From positions 372,001 to 436,000 of the forward strand of contig JANJGN010000189.1 in NCBI GenBank assembly GCA_026770705.1: a DNA stretch of 64,000 nt, given 5' to 3'. This document shows, one piece after another, positions 36,552 through 49,230 of the stretch. Position 1 is the first letter of the stretch, and each line of letters begins with the position of its first letter. The notes below the pieces were generated by a model, which saw nothing but the letters and a program-made list of their open reading frames with translations, was not told the DNA's origin and searched no databases. This stretch comes from Isurus oxyrinchus. Lineage: Eukaryota. The translations under genes were made by a program, and so were the position numbers.

Positions 36552-37944
36552 CGTGTGATGTTGGGTTAAGTTGTAATGAAACTGGTCAGTGTCCTGGTTA
36601 GAATCACCTTCGTATCAGAGAGGCATTCCAGCACAGTAGGAGCCCATTCAGCCCATTGAGTCCATGCTGTCTCTGTGTAGAGCAATCCACTCAGTCCCAT
36701 TTCCCCCTCTCTATCCCCGTATCTCTGCAAGTTTATTTCCCCTCAAGTGTCCAACCAATTTCTGTTTGATATCGTTCATCGTCTCCACTTCCACCATCCT
36801 CGTAGGCAGCGAGTTCCAGCTCATTACCACTTGCTGTGTAAAAAAGTTCCTCCTCACATCCCCCCTCTGCCCAAAACCTTCAATCTGTGTCCCCCAGTCC
36901 TTGTACCATCAGCTAATGGCAACAGCTTCTCTTTGTCTGCCTTATCTAAACCCATCATCATCTTGTACACCTCGATCAGATCCCCCCTCAATCTCCTTTC
37001 CTCCAAGGAGAACAACCCCAGCTTCTCCAACCCAACCTTGTAGCTAAAATCCCTCATCCCTGGACCCATTCTGCTCAATCTCCTCCCCACCCTCTCAAGG
37101 ACCCTCACTTCCTTCCGAAAATGAGGAGACCAGAACTGGACACAATACTCTAGTTGTGACCTAACCAGAGCTTTATAAATGTTCAGCATAACCTCCCTGT
37201 GTTTGTACTCAATCCCTCGATTTATGAAAAGCTTATTCTTTCCATCAGCACAAACAGCAATTTCCAAGCGGACTCCCATCAGCAGACAGAGTGCAATGAA
37301 ACATCGGCATGCCTGCTTCTTAATGTACGGAGAGAAACCTGGAACGAGAGATTCTCCTTCTTCTCCTCAGCAAGCTGAAACTTTTCCTTATACCTGGTGC
37401 TCCCCAGTCCTGCTGTGTGGACACATCATAACCACGGCATTGTCTGGCTGTGTGCAGCCAACATGGTCGAATAGGAATGAACAGAAATGTGACGTTGCTA
37501 AACTCTGTTCTCTGATTGGAATGTGCTTTCTGAATGCTGCACCTTTTTCATGCTGCGATAGATTGTAAGAAGCATTTGGGTTATGAATAAAATTACATTG
37601 ATTAACACAAGTGATTAAAATGCTCAGCCTGTTCTGTAGCTATTTATAGATTAAAATTCTTATTTTGCTGCCAAATTCTTGGCTCAAAGACATTACTTCA
37701 TGTTGTCACGTTTTCCAATCAGATGAATTCCTGTGCCCATCTTTATAATAGAAATTTCCAATGTAAACATGTCACATTGTAGCTGCACACACTCCTGCCA
37801 GTGGGTGGTGCGATATGAAGGCTGCCTTGCTGCTCAGAAACAGCGAGAAATATTCCTGTTATGTGCATGAACTTCATGTGTGCATGAGACACAGGCATCA
37901 AATGCAATTTTGTACAATTTGTACAATGTTCTTTAGACAGCACA

Positions 37945-38515
37945 GCACTCCCTCTGTTCAAACCCTCCAACAGTGCAGCACTCCCTCAGTTCAAACCCTC
38001 CGACATTGCAGCTCTACCTCAGTTCAAACCCTCCGACAGTGCAGCACTCCCTCAGTTCAAACCCTCCGACAGTGCAGCACTCCTTCAGTTCAAACCCTCT
38101 GACAGTGCAGCACTCCCTCAGTTCAAACCCTCTGACAGTGCAGCACTCCCTAAGTACTGAACCTCCGACAGTGCAGCACTCCCTCGGTACTGAACCTCTG
38201 ACAGTGCAGCACTCCCTCAGTTCAAACCCTCCGACATTGCAGCTCTACCTCAGTTCAAACCCTCCGACAGTGCAGCACTCCCTCAGTTCAAACCCTCCGA
38301 CAGTGCAGCACTCCCTCAGTTCAAACCCTCTGACAGTGCAGCACTCCCTCAGTTCAAACCCTCTGACAGTGCAGCACTCCCTAAGTACTGAACCTCCGAC
38401 AGTGCAGCACTCCCTCGGTACTGAACCTCCGACAGTGCTGCACTCCCTCAGTTCAGACCCTCTGACAGTGCAGCACTCCCTCAGTACTGATCCTCCGACA
38501 GTGCTGCACTACCTC
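37945..38515. repeat. 33-bp minisatellite (reverse orientation, TTCAAA variant)
   Basis: Tandem units. Confidence 0.92.
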
Positions 38516-38889
38516 ACTAATTAGCGACTGGAAGGTTTATGTTCATTTATCTTTATTTTCCATTCCTATTGAGCAATGGAGCTCCTGATTTGTCACCTTT
38601 CTGTACCTCGTCCAATGCTTCTTTTATCAGGACTTCCACATCGATGTGAAAGAGCCATGATGATAGCAGACAGTCGCACAATGGGAATGGCACTAGGCCA
38701 GTGATCCAGAGGCCCAGGTGAATGCTTTGGAGGTAAGGGTTCAAATCCCACCACGGCAGCTGCAGGAATTTAGATTCGATTAATCAATAAATTTAATTGA
38801 TTGATACATTTTTTTCTTATTCATTTCAGGGATGTTGGTGTCACTGGCTAGGCCAGTATTTGTTGCCCATCCCCAATTGCCTTTGAGAA

Positions 38890-39840
38890 CATATGGATAT
38901 CTGAGTTAGGATCAGGAGTAGGTCACTCAGCCCCTCGAACCTGCTCCGCCATTCAGTAAGATCATGGCTGATCTGATTGTCACCTCAACCTCACATTCCT
39001 GTCTACCCCCAATGACCTTTCACCCCCTTGTTAATCAAGAATCTATCTAGCTCTGCCTTAAAAATATTCAAAGACCCTGTTTCCACTGCCTTTTGAGGCA
39101 GAGTGTTCCAAAGACTCACTACCCTCTGAGAGAAAACATTTCGCCTCATCTCTATCTTAAATGAGCGACCCCTTATTTTTAAACCATGACCCCCTAGTTC
39201 TAGATTCTCACACAAGAGGGAACATCCTCTCCATATCCACCCTGTCAAGACTCCCCTGGATCTTAAAGGTTTTAATTAAGTTGCCTCTTACTCTTCTAAA
39301 CTCCAGTGGATACAAGCCTAACCTGTCCAACCTGACCTCATAAGACAACCCGACCAATCCTGGTATTAGTCTAGTAAACCTTCTCTGAACTGCTTCTAAT
39401 GCATTTACATCTTTCTTTAAATAAGGTGACCTTACTGTACAGAGTACTCCAGATGTGGTCTCACCAGTGCCCTGTACAACTGAACGTAACCTCCCTACTT
39501 TTCTATTCAATTCCCCCACAGTAAATTATAACATCCCATTAGCTTTCCTCATGACCTGCTGTATCTGCAAACCAGCCTTTTGTGATTCATGCACGAGGAC
39601 ACCCAGATCCCTCTGCATCTCAGAACTCTGCAATCTCTCACCTTTTAGATAATAATCTTCCTTCTTGTTCTTTCTGACAAAATGAACAATTTCACATGCG
39701 CCCACATTATACACCATTTGTCAGATCTTTGCCCACTCACTTAACCTATCGATGTCACTTTCTAACCACCCTACATCCTCTTCACAATTTACTTTCCAAC
39801 CTATCTTTGTGTCAGCAGCTCATTTAGCCGCCATTCCTGG
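38890..39840 (-). mobile_element. CR1 LINE 3' end
   Basis: LEAVQRRFTRLIPG and QRDLGVLVH motifs. Confidence 0.9.
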
Positions 39841-40304
39841 GCAGTCCAGGTGCTTCTCCACCGAGGTTCAAATGAGCACAGTTTATATATTTTTTACTCT
39901 CAGTTACAAGGTAATGGTATTAGTTAGACAAAGGCCACAGCACAATGATCCTCCGGTGGGCTGATAATTGTGTTCTTGTACAGTAATTACAGGGCAGAGA
40001 CTGGCTATTGTCCTTTTGAGACAGCAAAGAATCTATGTTTGTTCGCTACAAAAGGTTTCCGGAGGCTGACTGGATGTGGTTCAAGGCCATCGGACGGTGC
40101 GAAATAACCTTCCCCATTTCTTGATTAAGTCACCCTGTGTCCTTGTGTGTGTGTCTCCCATTTCCTCATTGCAAATTTACAGCTGAGCCCTTTGTACAGG
40201 TTTTTAGCTTTCACGTAAGGATGTGATTGTCTGTGTACGCTTTGTCACCCTAGCTGCTGGTCCTGGCTGGCTCTTTAAAATAAATCCAAATTTTCTGCAC
40301 CTTC

Positions 40305-41380
40305 AATGAGATTCTCTCTTGTTGGAGCTGGTCATTGCCTGGCACTTATGTGGCATGAATGTTACTTGTCACCTGTCAGCCCAAGCCTGGATGTTGTCCA
40401 GGTCTTGCTGCATTTGGACATAACTTGCTTCAGTATCTGAGGAGCCGTGAATGGTGCTGAACATTGTGCAAACATCAGCAAACATCCCCACTTCTGACCT
40501 TATGATGGAAGGAAGGACATTGATGAAGCAGCTGAAGATGGTTGAGCCTCGGACACTACCCTGAGCAACTCCTGCAGTGATGTCCTGGAACTGAGATGAT
40601 TGACCCCCAACAATCACAACCATCGTCCTTTGTGCTGGGTATGACTCCAAGCAGCAGAGAGTTTTCCCCCGATTCCCATTGACTCCAGTTTTGCTCGGGC
40701 TCCTTGTTTTGCCACATTCAGTCAAATGCTGCCTTGATGTCAAGGGCAGTCACTCTCACCTCACCTCTGGAGTTCAGCTCATTTATGCATGTTTGAACCA
40801 AGGCTGTAATGAGGCCAGGAGCTGAATGATCCTGGTGGAACACAAACTGAGCGTTAGTGAGCAGGTTCTTGCTAAGCAGGTGCTGCTTGCAAGCGCTGTT
40901 GATGACCCCTTCCATCACTTTAGTAATGATCAAGAATAGACTGCTGGGGAATTGGCTGGGTTGGATTTGTCCTGCTTTTTGTGTACAGGACGTACCCCAT
41001 AGCCGGGTAGTTGCCAGTGTTGCAGCTGTACTAGAAAATTCCAGAAAAGCTTGGCTAGGGGCGCAGCAAGTTCTGGAGCACAAGTCTTCAGTACTATTGC
41101 CGGAATAATGTCAGGGTCTGGAGCATTTGCAATATCCAGTGCCTTCAGCCCTTTCTTGATATCACGTGGAATTAATCGAATTGGCTAAAGATTGGCATCT
41201 CTGATGCTAGGGACCTCCGGAGGAGGCCGAGATTGATCACCCACTCAGCACTTCTGGCTGAAGATTGTTGTGCATGCTTCAGTCTTGTCTTTTGCACCGA
41301 TGTGCTGGGCTCCTCCATCATTGAGGATGGGGATATTTGTGGAGCCTCCTCCTCCAGTGAGTTGTTTAATTGTCCACGAC
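40305..41380 (-). mobile_element. CR1/L2-group LINE reverse-transcriptase remnant
   Basis: ALDIKAAFD, AGVAQGSVRG, MFADV. Confidence 0.88.
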
Positions 41381-43727
41381 TGGATGTGACATCTGGAATG
41401 CGAAGCTAGTCTCAGTAATGGTGACCATGAAACTAAGGCCAATTGTTGCAAAAACCCATCTGGGTCACTAATGCCCTTTGGGGAAGGAAACCTGCCGTCC
41501 TTACCCATTCTGGCCTACGTGTGACTCCTGACCCACAGCAATGTGGTTGACTCTTAACTGGCCCCTGAAATGGCCGAGCAAGCTACTGAGTTATATCAAA
41601 ACCCGCCACAGACCAGTCAAACCAGGTGAACTGCAGCACTTCGAAAAGACAGCTCAGCACCCCCTTCTCCAGGGCTCAGTCTGGAACAGGTAACAAACGC
41701 TGTCCACATCCCGTGAAAGAATTTTGGTAAAAAGGTAGCCGTGTATCACCACCCACGGCCAGCGCCAACCCCCCCACCCCTACCTGATTGCACCAGTTTC
41801 AGATTACACCAGGTCAATGAACGGATAGAAACTCAAACCAATGAGATGAGCACAGAGCAGGATCAAGCCAGAGAGAGTTGGTGGGAAGAATTGGGAAAGC
41901 AACAAAAAAGGCAGAGCGGACACTAACACTATAACAAAGTAAAGACCAGAGGAGGAAGGAAGCAAGTGCGAAGAGGAATTGAGAGTAGAGCTGGTAGGCT
42001 GCTTGTCGAAGCCAAGGACCCTCCATAGGTCACACCCACAGTGCTTTTGGGGAGGGAGTTACATGATTTTGACCCAGGATCATCAAGTTTTGCACTGGCA
42101 GAGCCTTTAAAGAAAAGGGACCTTCACTACCCGTGTCCCCCGCCCAACAAAGCTGTTGACATGCCGAGTCCACCTGTACAGGCAACCTCCAGACAGTTGA
42201 CTACAAAGGCCATTGCAGCTGCTGAATATGACTTCCAGTTTCAAAACCTTCATGAATACAAGGATGGGGGATTCAGCAGGAATATTCCTGCACATCCTGT
42301 GGCAGATCCTGTAAATAAAAGGGACCTTCACTCACTCCTCAAAGCTGCTGACCTGCTGATTTACATCTACAGGCAACCTCCAAACAGTCGACTAGAGAAG
42401 ACAATGCAGCTGCTGAATGTGACTCCTAGTTTCAAACCCTTCACTCTGGAAAGAAGGAATCCAGAGCAATGGGCCTCACTATGATACTTGACAGAAACTG
42501 ATTTTAACTCTCATCTCTAAGTATTATTTTTCCTTTGCTTACATTTTAATCCTTGCACCTGATGGCTTTATCGCTTCAACTTAAATAACTTTCAGCAGGA
42601 GCCAGGTTCAAATTGAATGGACAAGCTGGCTTGGGAGGCCAAAAGGCCTACTCCTGCTTCTGTTTATTTATGTTTGTGTTGTTATGTAGTGGAACTAGAG
42701 AGGTTATAGCAGTTATGAGAACATTAAGCAAACAGCAGCAAGAATTGAACACCTACGTTGTGGTTTATGAAAAGGTTTTCAACTTGGTCAACTGGTAAAA
42801 TCTGTTGAAAGTGGGCTATCATGGCGTGTGGCCTTTGTGTGATATTTGTAACAACGTTCTCGATGTCGGAACAGTTTGCATTGAACAAAGCTGATCTTTA
42901 CCCAGAACTTCAGAGGAAGTTCCCTGGTGTGGGGGGCATGGTGGGGGGGGAGGGTGAGGGAGAGACAAGTAGCCTGAAATACCAAGCCAGACACTTTGTG
43001 AAGACAAAAGTTGTTTATTCATTTTTTTTTTACAAAGCACAATCTTTACAATTAAAGTCCCGACAAGATGATGGTGAATCATGAACACATTGTCGGGGTG
43101 AATCTGTGCCCGGGAGCATAAAGCAGCAAAATCAGGAGCCCGCTTTACATCTCTCTGAATTTTAACTATCATTAACCCCAGTAACATCCATTCAAATGAC
43201 TTAGTCATAAGATTCCTCACACATTCACTTGCACACTCACACACCCACACCCACACAGACACACTGACACACTCACTCATTCACATTGACACACACATAT
43301 TGACAGTCACACACACCCACACAGACACACTGACACACTCACTCATTCACATTGACACACACATATTGACAGTCACACACACACACACACACACACGCTC
43401 ATAAAGACAGACACAAACACAGTCACGTGAGGTGAATAGTGTCGATGTATTTAAGGGGAAGCTGGATAAACACACGAGGGAGAAATGAATAGAAGGATCT
43501 GGTGATGGGGTGAGATGGAGAAGGGGTGGGCGGAGACTCGTGTGGAGCAGAAACACCAGCATGGAACAGATGGGCCAAATGGCTTCTTTCCCTGCTGTAA
43601 AACGCAGGTAAAGTTTCAGTTGGAATTAATGAACAGGGCCTGTGTGAAATAGATTGCTAAGCAGTAGATAAGGAGGGGAGAGGCTGTGGCATGGTGCAGG
43701 ATGACCTTGCGTGAATGAGGCCAGGGT

Positions 43728-43844
43728 CTAATATCTACAGCAGATACCACAAGTCTCATTTGGTTCTCTCCAATTACAGCAGTGACAGCAGAATCTGCAG
43801 AGCTGCTGTCTGCTCATTCTGTTCTGGCGCTGCAGCAAGGAGCC
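43728..43844 (-). CDS. HAMP: Hepcidin-like exon 3: GSLLQRQNR|MSRQQLCRFCCHCCNWREPNETCGICCRY*
   Basis: cttttccag acceptor, phase 0, RxxR site, C-xx-CC-x-CC-xn-CG-x-CC-xx-stop pattern. Confidence 0.93.
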   Translation of the reverse strand, partial: GSLLQRQNRMSRQQLCRFCCHCCNWREPNETCGICCRY

Positions 43845-43949
43845 CTGGAAAAGCAGGAGCACAATAGGTGAGAACATTCCGGAAAGAAAGAAGGCACCGC
43901 CTCCCTTTGACTCTGGCATCATTTCAATCAGGCGCGTCATTGGAAGGAG

Positions 43950-44790
43950 GATGGCGCATTTCTCTAGCACCTTTCCCCACCTCAGGATGGCCCAAAATGT
44001 TCAACAGCTGATGGAAGGACTTTTTCTGAAGTGAGCTCACCGCTGTAATGTAGGAAACGCAGCAGGCAATTCACGCACAGCAAGATCCCACAAACAGAAA
44101 TGTGATAATGGCCCCATTTTCAGTTTTTTACCAATGTCAGTTGAGGGATAAATGTTTGCCCCAGGAAAGTGGACATAACTCCACCCCATCCAGCCCCCAC
44201 CACCCCCTCCACACATACCCCCCAACTCCTGACGCACTTCATCTAAATTGTGGCCATGGAATCCTCTATATCCACCTGAGAGGGCAGATTGGTTGCCCCA
44301 GTTTAATGTCTCATCTGAAAGACAGCGCCTTCAACAGTGCAGCACCCCCTCAGTACTGACCCTCCGACTGTGCAGCACTCCCTCAGTACTGACTCTGACA
44401 ATGCAGCACATCCTCAGTACTGACCCTCCAACAGTGCAGCACTCCCTCAAGACTGACCCTCTGACAATGCAACACTCCCTCAGTACTGACCCTCCGACTG
44501 TGCAACACTCCCTCAAAACTGACCCTCTGACAATGCAGCACTCCCTCAGTACTGACCCTCCGACTGTGCATCCCCCCGCCGGTACTGACCCTTGGACAGT
44601 GCAACACTCCCTCAAGACTGACCCTCTGACAATGCAGCACTCCCTCAGTACTGACCCTCTGACAATGCAGCACACCCTCAATACTGACCCTCCGATAGCT
44701 CGGTAATTCCTCAATTACACCTGGTGGTCCTTTTAACTCAGAGCTGAGAGTCGCAGAGAATCGAGCAGACACCCTGAACTGACACTTGCA
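43950..44790 (-). mobile_element. Deu-domain (SacSINE1/AmnSINE-like) SINE with internal 33-bp expansion (44335-44700)
   Basis: CACAGCAAGATCCCACA and GTTTAATGTCTCATCTGAAAGAC motifs run into the satellite. Confidence 0.75.
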
Positions 44791-46232
44791 GTGCAAGTAC
44801 TGGGAGTGCGCTGGTCATTATCATGCTGCTGTCTGTGGGATCTTACTGTGCGCCAATGGCTGATTCTTTTCCCACAGTACATCAGTGACCTCACAGGAAA
44901 GAAAAAAAGCACTTGCTTGTCTGCGAAACACTTTGGGACGTCCTGAAGTGTTGGAAGGCGCTAGAGAAATGCAAGTCCTCTTTGTCTTTCACTCAATCCT
45001 CTAAGGTGTCTGTTGATTAACCAGCCTCTCGGTGTATGATGTAGGCCTGGTTATAAACAGGTAGAAGGATCAAATATCAAAAATGCTTTGGCTGACAGTC
45101 AAACCGATTGTGCATTCGGAGAGATTAGATATGGTCTGCGCACAATGACTCCAGTCTCAGGCACTGACTGCCACCTGGGGTCTCCCTTCCACATAACACT
45201 CACAACTTGCATTTACACAGCGCCTCTGACATTGCAAAATGTCCCAGCCCACATTACCGGAGCGTAAATCAGAGAGAAGTCTAACACTGAGTCACATATG
45301 GAGATATTAGGGTTAGGTGACCAAAAGCTTGGTCAAAGATGTCAGTTTTTAAGGAACGTCTTAAAGGAGAGAGAGAGAGAGAGAGGCAGAGAGGTTAAGG
45401 GAGGGTATTCCGGAGCTCAGGGCCCCAGGCAGCTGAAGGCACGGCCGCCAATGGTGGAGCGATGGGAATCAGGGGGACCCGGGAGATGCAGTAATTTCAG
45501 AGATTTTGGAGGAACATCGGGACCGGAGGAGGTGTTCTCCTGCTCCATATCTCTCTCTCTCTTCCTCTCATCCACTCCTCCTCTCCCTGTCTCTCTCTCT
45601 CCTACTCTTCCTCTCAATTGCCCTCTCTCCCAATCTTTCTCTCCTCTCTCCCTTTTCCTGTCTCTCTCCCTCTCTCTCCCCTGTCTCATTCTCCCACTCT
45701 GTATCTCTCCCTCTCTCTCACACTATTTTTGTACCTTGCGCTCACTCTGTAACTCTCCCTTCCCTGTTAATTTCTCTCTCTTGGACAATCTCTCTTCCCT
45801 TTTCACTTTCCCTCACTCTGCATCTCTTTAATTTCTCCCTCTGTCACTCTCTCCCACCTATGTTCTTTCCCTTTCACCCCTCCCCGTCCCACTCTCTGTC
45901 TCTCTCTTCCAATCCCTCCCTCCCCCATTCCATCCCTCTCTCCGACTCTCGACTCCCAGCCTCTCTTTAACCCACTCCCAGGCTGGATCAGTCTCCCTCT
46001 CACTATTCCCGGCGTGGGTTACATTTAAAATTCCTGTGGGGATATGTTCACTTCCTTGGAATTGCCTCTTCCCAGCTTTGCAAAAAAAAGGGGGGGGGGG
46101 GCTCCATTTCAAACATGCCTCCTGAGTATAACCGAGACAGACTGCCACTGAAATCAGCTTGAAATCAGAAAACTTTCTGTGGAAGAAACGAGCAGGGAGA
46201 AACCTTAAAATAAGGAATGAATTTCCACCTAC

Positions 46233-46289
46233 CGTGTCCGGGGAATCCACAGATTTCTCAATCGTCGAAGAACCTAAAGCAGTGTCAAC
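46233..46289 (-). CDS. HAMP: Hepcidin-like exon 2 (propeptide VDTALGSSTIEKSVDSPDT)
   Basis: tttctttttgcag acceptor, gtaggt donor, 57 nt, phase 0-0, acidic. Confidence 0.8.
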
Positions 46290-46389
46290 CTGCAAAAAGA
46301 AAGAATTTATCAGGGAGAAAGTGAGAGGAGGATTGAGGGAGAGGGAGAGAGAGAGAGAGAGGTACAGGAGAGAGAGGGGGAGGAGGACA

Positions 46390-47200
46390 GACTTGCATTT
46401 CTCTAACGCCTTTCACCACATCCCAAAGCATTTCACAGCCACTGAAGGATGTTTTTGAAGTGCACTCACACTGTAGGAAATGTGGCAGCTGATTTGTGCA
46501 CAGCAAGATCCCACAAATAGCAATGTGATCATGGCCTAGATCATCTGTTTTTGGTGATGTTGGGTGAGGGATAAATATTGGTGCCAGGACACCGGGGAGA
46601 ACTCCCCCTGCTCTTCCTCCAAATAGTGGCTGTGGGATCTTTCACACCCGCCCGAGAGGGCAGACGGGGGACTCAGTTTAATGTCTCATTCAACATTGTT
46701 GTGCTCCCTCAGTACTAACCCTTTGACACTGCAGCACTCCCTTAGTATTAACCCTTCGATAGTGCTGCGCTCCCTCAGTACTGTCCCTCCGTCAGTGCAG
46801 CTCTATTTCAGTACTAACCCTTCGACACAGCAGCACTCGCTCAGTACTGACCTCCGACAGTATAGCACTCCCTCAGTACTGTCCCTCCAATAGTGCAACA
46901 CTTCCACTCTACTGACCCTGTAACAATGCAGCACTTCCTCAGTACTGACCCTCCGTCAGTGCAGCGCTCCCTCAGTACTGACCCTCCGACAGTGCAACAC
47001 TTCCACAGTACTGACCCTGTAACAATGCAGCACTTCCTCAGTACTGACCTCCGACAGTATAGCACTCACTCAGTACTGTCCCTCCAATAGTGCAACACTT
47101 CCACACTACTGACCCTCTGACAGTGCAGCACTCCCTCAGCACGGAGTGTTGACCGACGTTATGGGACTGAATTCCCTGGAGTGAGACTCAGACCAGAGAT
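46390..47200 (-). mobile_element. Near full-length Deu-domain SINE with internal 33-bp expansion (46700-47140)
   Basis: Tail GACTTGCATTT, body GGACACCGGGGAGAACTCCCC, head remnant after the array. Confidence 0.8.
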
Positions 47201-47214
47201 TTAGGTAGGGTTGT

Positions 47215-48650
47215 TCCGGCTGGAGGAGGTTACAGAGATAGGGAGGGTTGTAGAGGCTGTAGGAGATAACAGAGATAGGGAGGGTTCTAGACGCTGCAGG
47301 AGGTTACAGAGATAGGGAGGGTTGTAGGGGCTGTAGGAGGTTACAGAGATAGGGAGGTGAGTAGGGGCTGTAGGAGGTTAAAGAGATGGGGGGGTTGTGG
47401 GGGCTGGAGGAGGTTACAGAGGTAGGGAGGGTTGTAGAGGCTGGAGGAGGTTACCAAAATAGATACTGTTGTAGGGGCCACAGTAGGTTACAGAGATAGG
47501 GAGAGTTATAGTGTGGAGAGGACGTTATAGAGTTCATGAGCATTGTAGGGGCTGGAGGAGGTTACAGTGATTCTGAGGGTCGTGGGGCCTGGAGGAGATT
47601 ACAGAGATAGGGAGGGTTGTAGGGTCTGGAGGAGGTTACAGAGATAGGGAGGGTTGTAGGGTCTGGAGCAGGTTACAGAGATAGGGAGGGTTGTAGGGTC
47701 TAGAGGAGGTTACAGTGATCATGAGGGTTGTGGGGCCTGGGGGAGGTTACAGAGATAGGTAGGGTTGTAGGTGCTGGAGGAGGTTACAGAGATAGGGAGG
47801 GTTGTAGGATCTGGAGGAGGTTACAGTGATCGTGAGGGTTGTGGGGCCTGGGGGAGGTTACAGAGATAGGGAGTGTTGTGGGGACTGTAGGAGGTTACAT
47901 AGATAGGGAGGGTTGTCGGGTCTGGAGGAGGTTACAGAGATAGGGAGGGTTATAGGGACTGGAGGAGGTTACAGAGATAGGGAGGGTTGTAGAGACTGTA
48001 GGATGTTACAGAGATAGGGATTGTTGTAGGGGCTGGAGGATGTTACAGAGATAGGGAGGGTTGTAGGGGCTGGAGGAGGTTACAGAGATAGGGAGGGTTG
48101 TAGGGGCTGGAGGAGGTTACAGAGATAGGGAGGGTTGTACGGGCTGGAGGAGGTTACAGAGATAGTGAGGGTTGTAGGGGCTGGAGGAAGTTACAGAGAT
48201 AGGGAGGGTTGTAGGGGCTGGAGGAGGTTACAGAGATAGGGAGGGGTGTAGGGGCTGGAGGAGGTTACAGAGATAGGGAGGGTTGTAAGGCCTGGTGGAG
48301 GTTACAGAGATAGGGAGGGTTGTAGGGGCTGGAGGAGTTTACAGAGATAGGGAGGGGTGTAGGGGCTGGAGGAGGTTACAGAGATAGGGAGGGTTGTAGG
48401 GCCTGGTGGAGGTTACAGAGATAGCGAGGGTTGTAGGGGCTGGAGGAGTTTACAGAGATAGGGAGGGTTGTACGGGCTGGAGGAGGTTACAGAGATAGGG
48501 AGGGTTGTAGGGGCTGGAGGAGGTTACAGAGATAGGGAGGGTTGTACGGGCTGGAGGAGGTTACAGAGATAGGGAGGGTTGTAGGGGCTGGAGGCGGTTA
48601 CAGAGATAGGGAGGGTTGTAAGGCCTGGTGGAGGTTACAGAGATAGGGAG
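47215..48650 (+). repeat. 37-bp G-rich minisatellite (GGAGGAGGTTACAGAGATAGGGAGGGTTGTAGGGGCT), about 38 units, in hepcidin intron 1
   Basis: Tandem units. Confidence 0.95.
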
Positions 48651-48851
48651 TGGCTGAGGAGGGATTGAAAACAAGAATGAGAATTTCAGGGGAAACGACA
48701 GAAGGAAATGATGTTAAATTCATAGAGGGCGACAATATTAAAGGCACGAACATAATAATATCAAACTGCGGAAAAGACCAGTCTATCTGGATGGTAGACG
48801 TAGAGTCATGTGCAAGAAACACCTCACCCAGAGGGACATCTCTTAGCTTAC

Positions 48852-48944
48852 CCTCGACAAGGAGAAGAAGTGACTCAGCTGCAGGGAGAGCAGCAAAGTC
48901 AGAGTGAACAAGACAAGTCGCCATTTCATCTGGGAGCTTCCCAT
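48852..48944 (-). CDS. HAMP: Hepcidin-like exon 1 (signal peptide MGSSQMKWRLVLFTLTLLLSLQLSHFFSLSR; alternative ATG at 48929)
   Basis: Hydrophobic leader, AGG|gtaagc phase-0 donor, TATA-like box upstream. Confidence 0.85.
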
Positions 48945-49009
48945 CTCTGCCTGTCTCTTCTGATCTTCTGGCTCTGCTTTGATGCTTTGGTTTGTAACTA
49001 GAGGAGCTT

Positions 49010-49230
49010 CCTGCTCTTATACCTGAAACACTTGAAGGGGACAGCCGCGGGTGGGTAGCTGTGTGGTATCACACCCATTTCTGGATATTGCAGTGTCGAT
49101 GTTCCCTGTCCCACTGGCCTGGGACCAGCAGTAAGGTCACTGGGACATTGACTGTCTGGCGCCGAGAACTATCAGTCCCTCCGCAACGCCCTTCACCTTG
49201 TGCAAATATGTGTTCATATTGATGCAACAC
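49010..49230 (-). promoter_or_regulatory. Hepcidin-like promoter
   Basis: TATAAG 49021-49016; GGCGCC 49158-49163 with adjacent AGAC; C/EBP-like TTGTGCAA 49198-49205 and TGATGCAA 49220-49227. Confidence 0.65.

Noticed and set aside
42041-42484. 147-aa ORF with an internal duplication
   Set aside because: No recognisable domain or splice structure.
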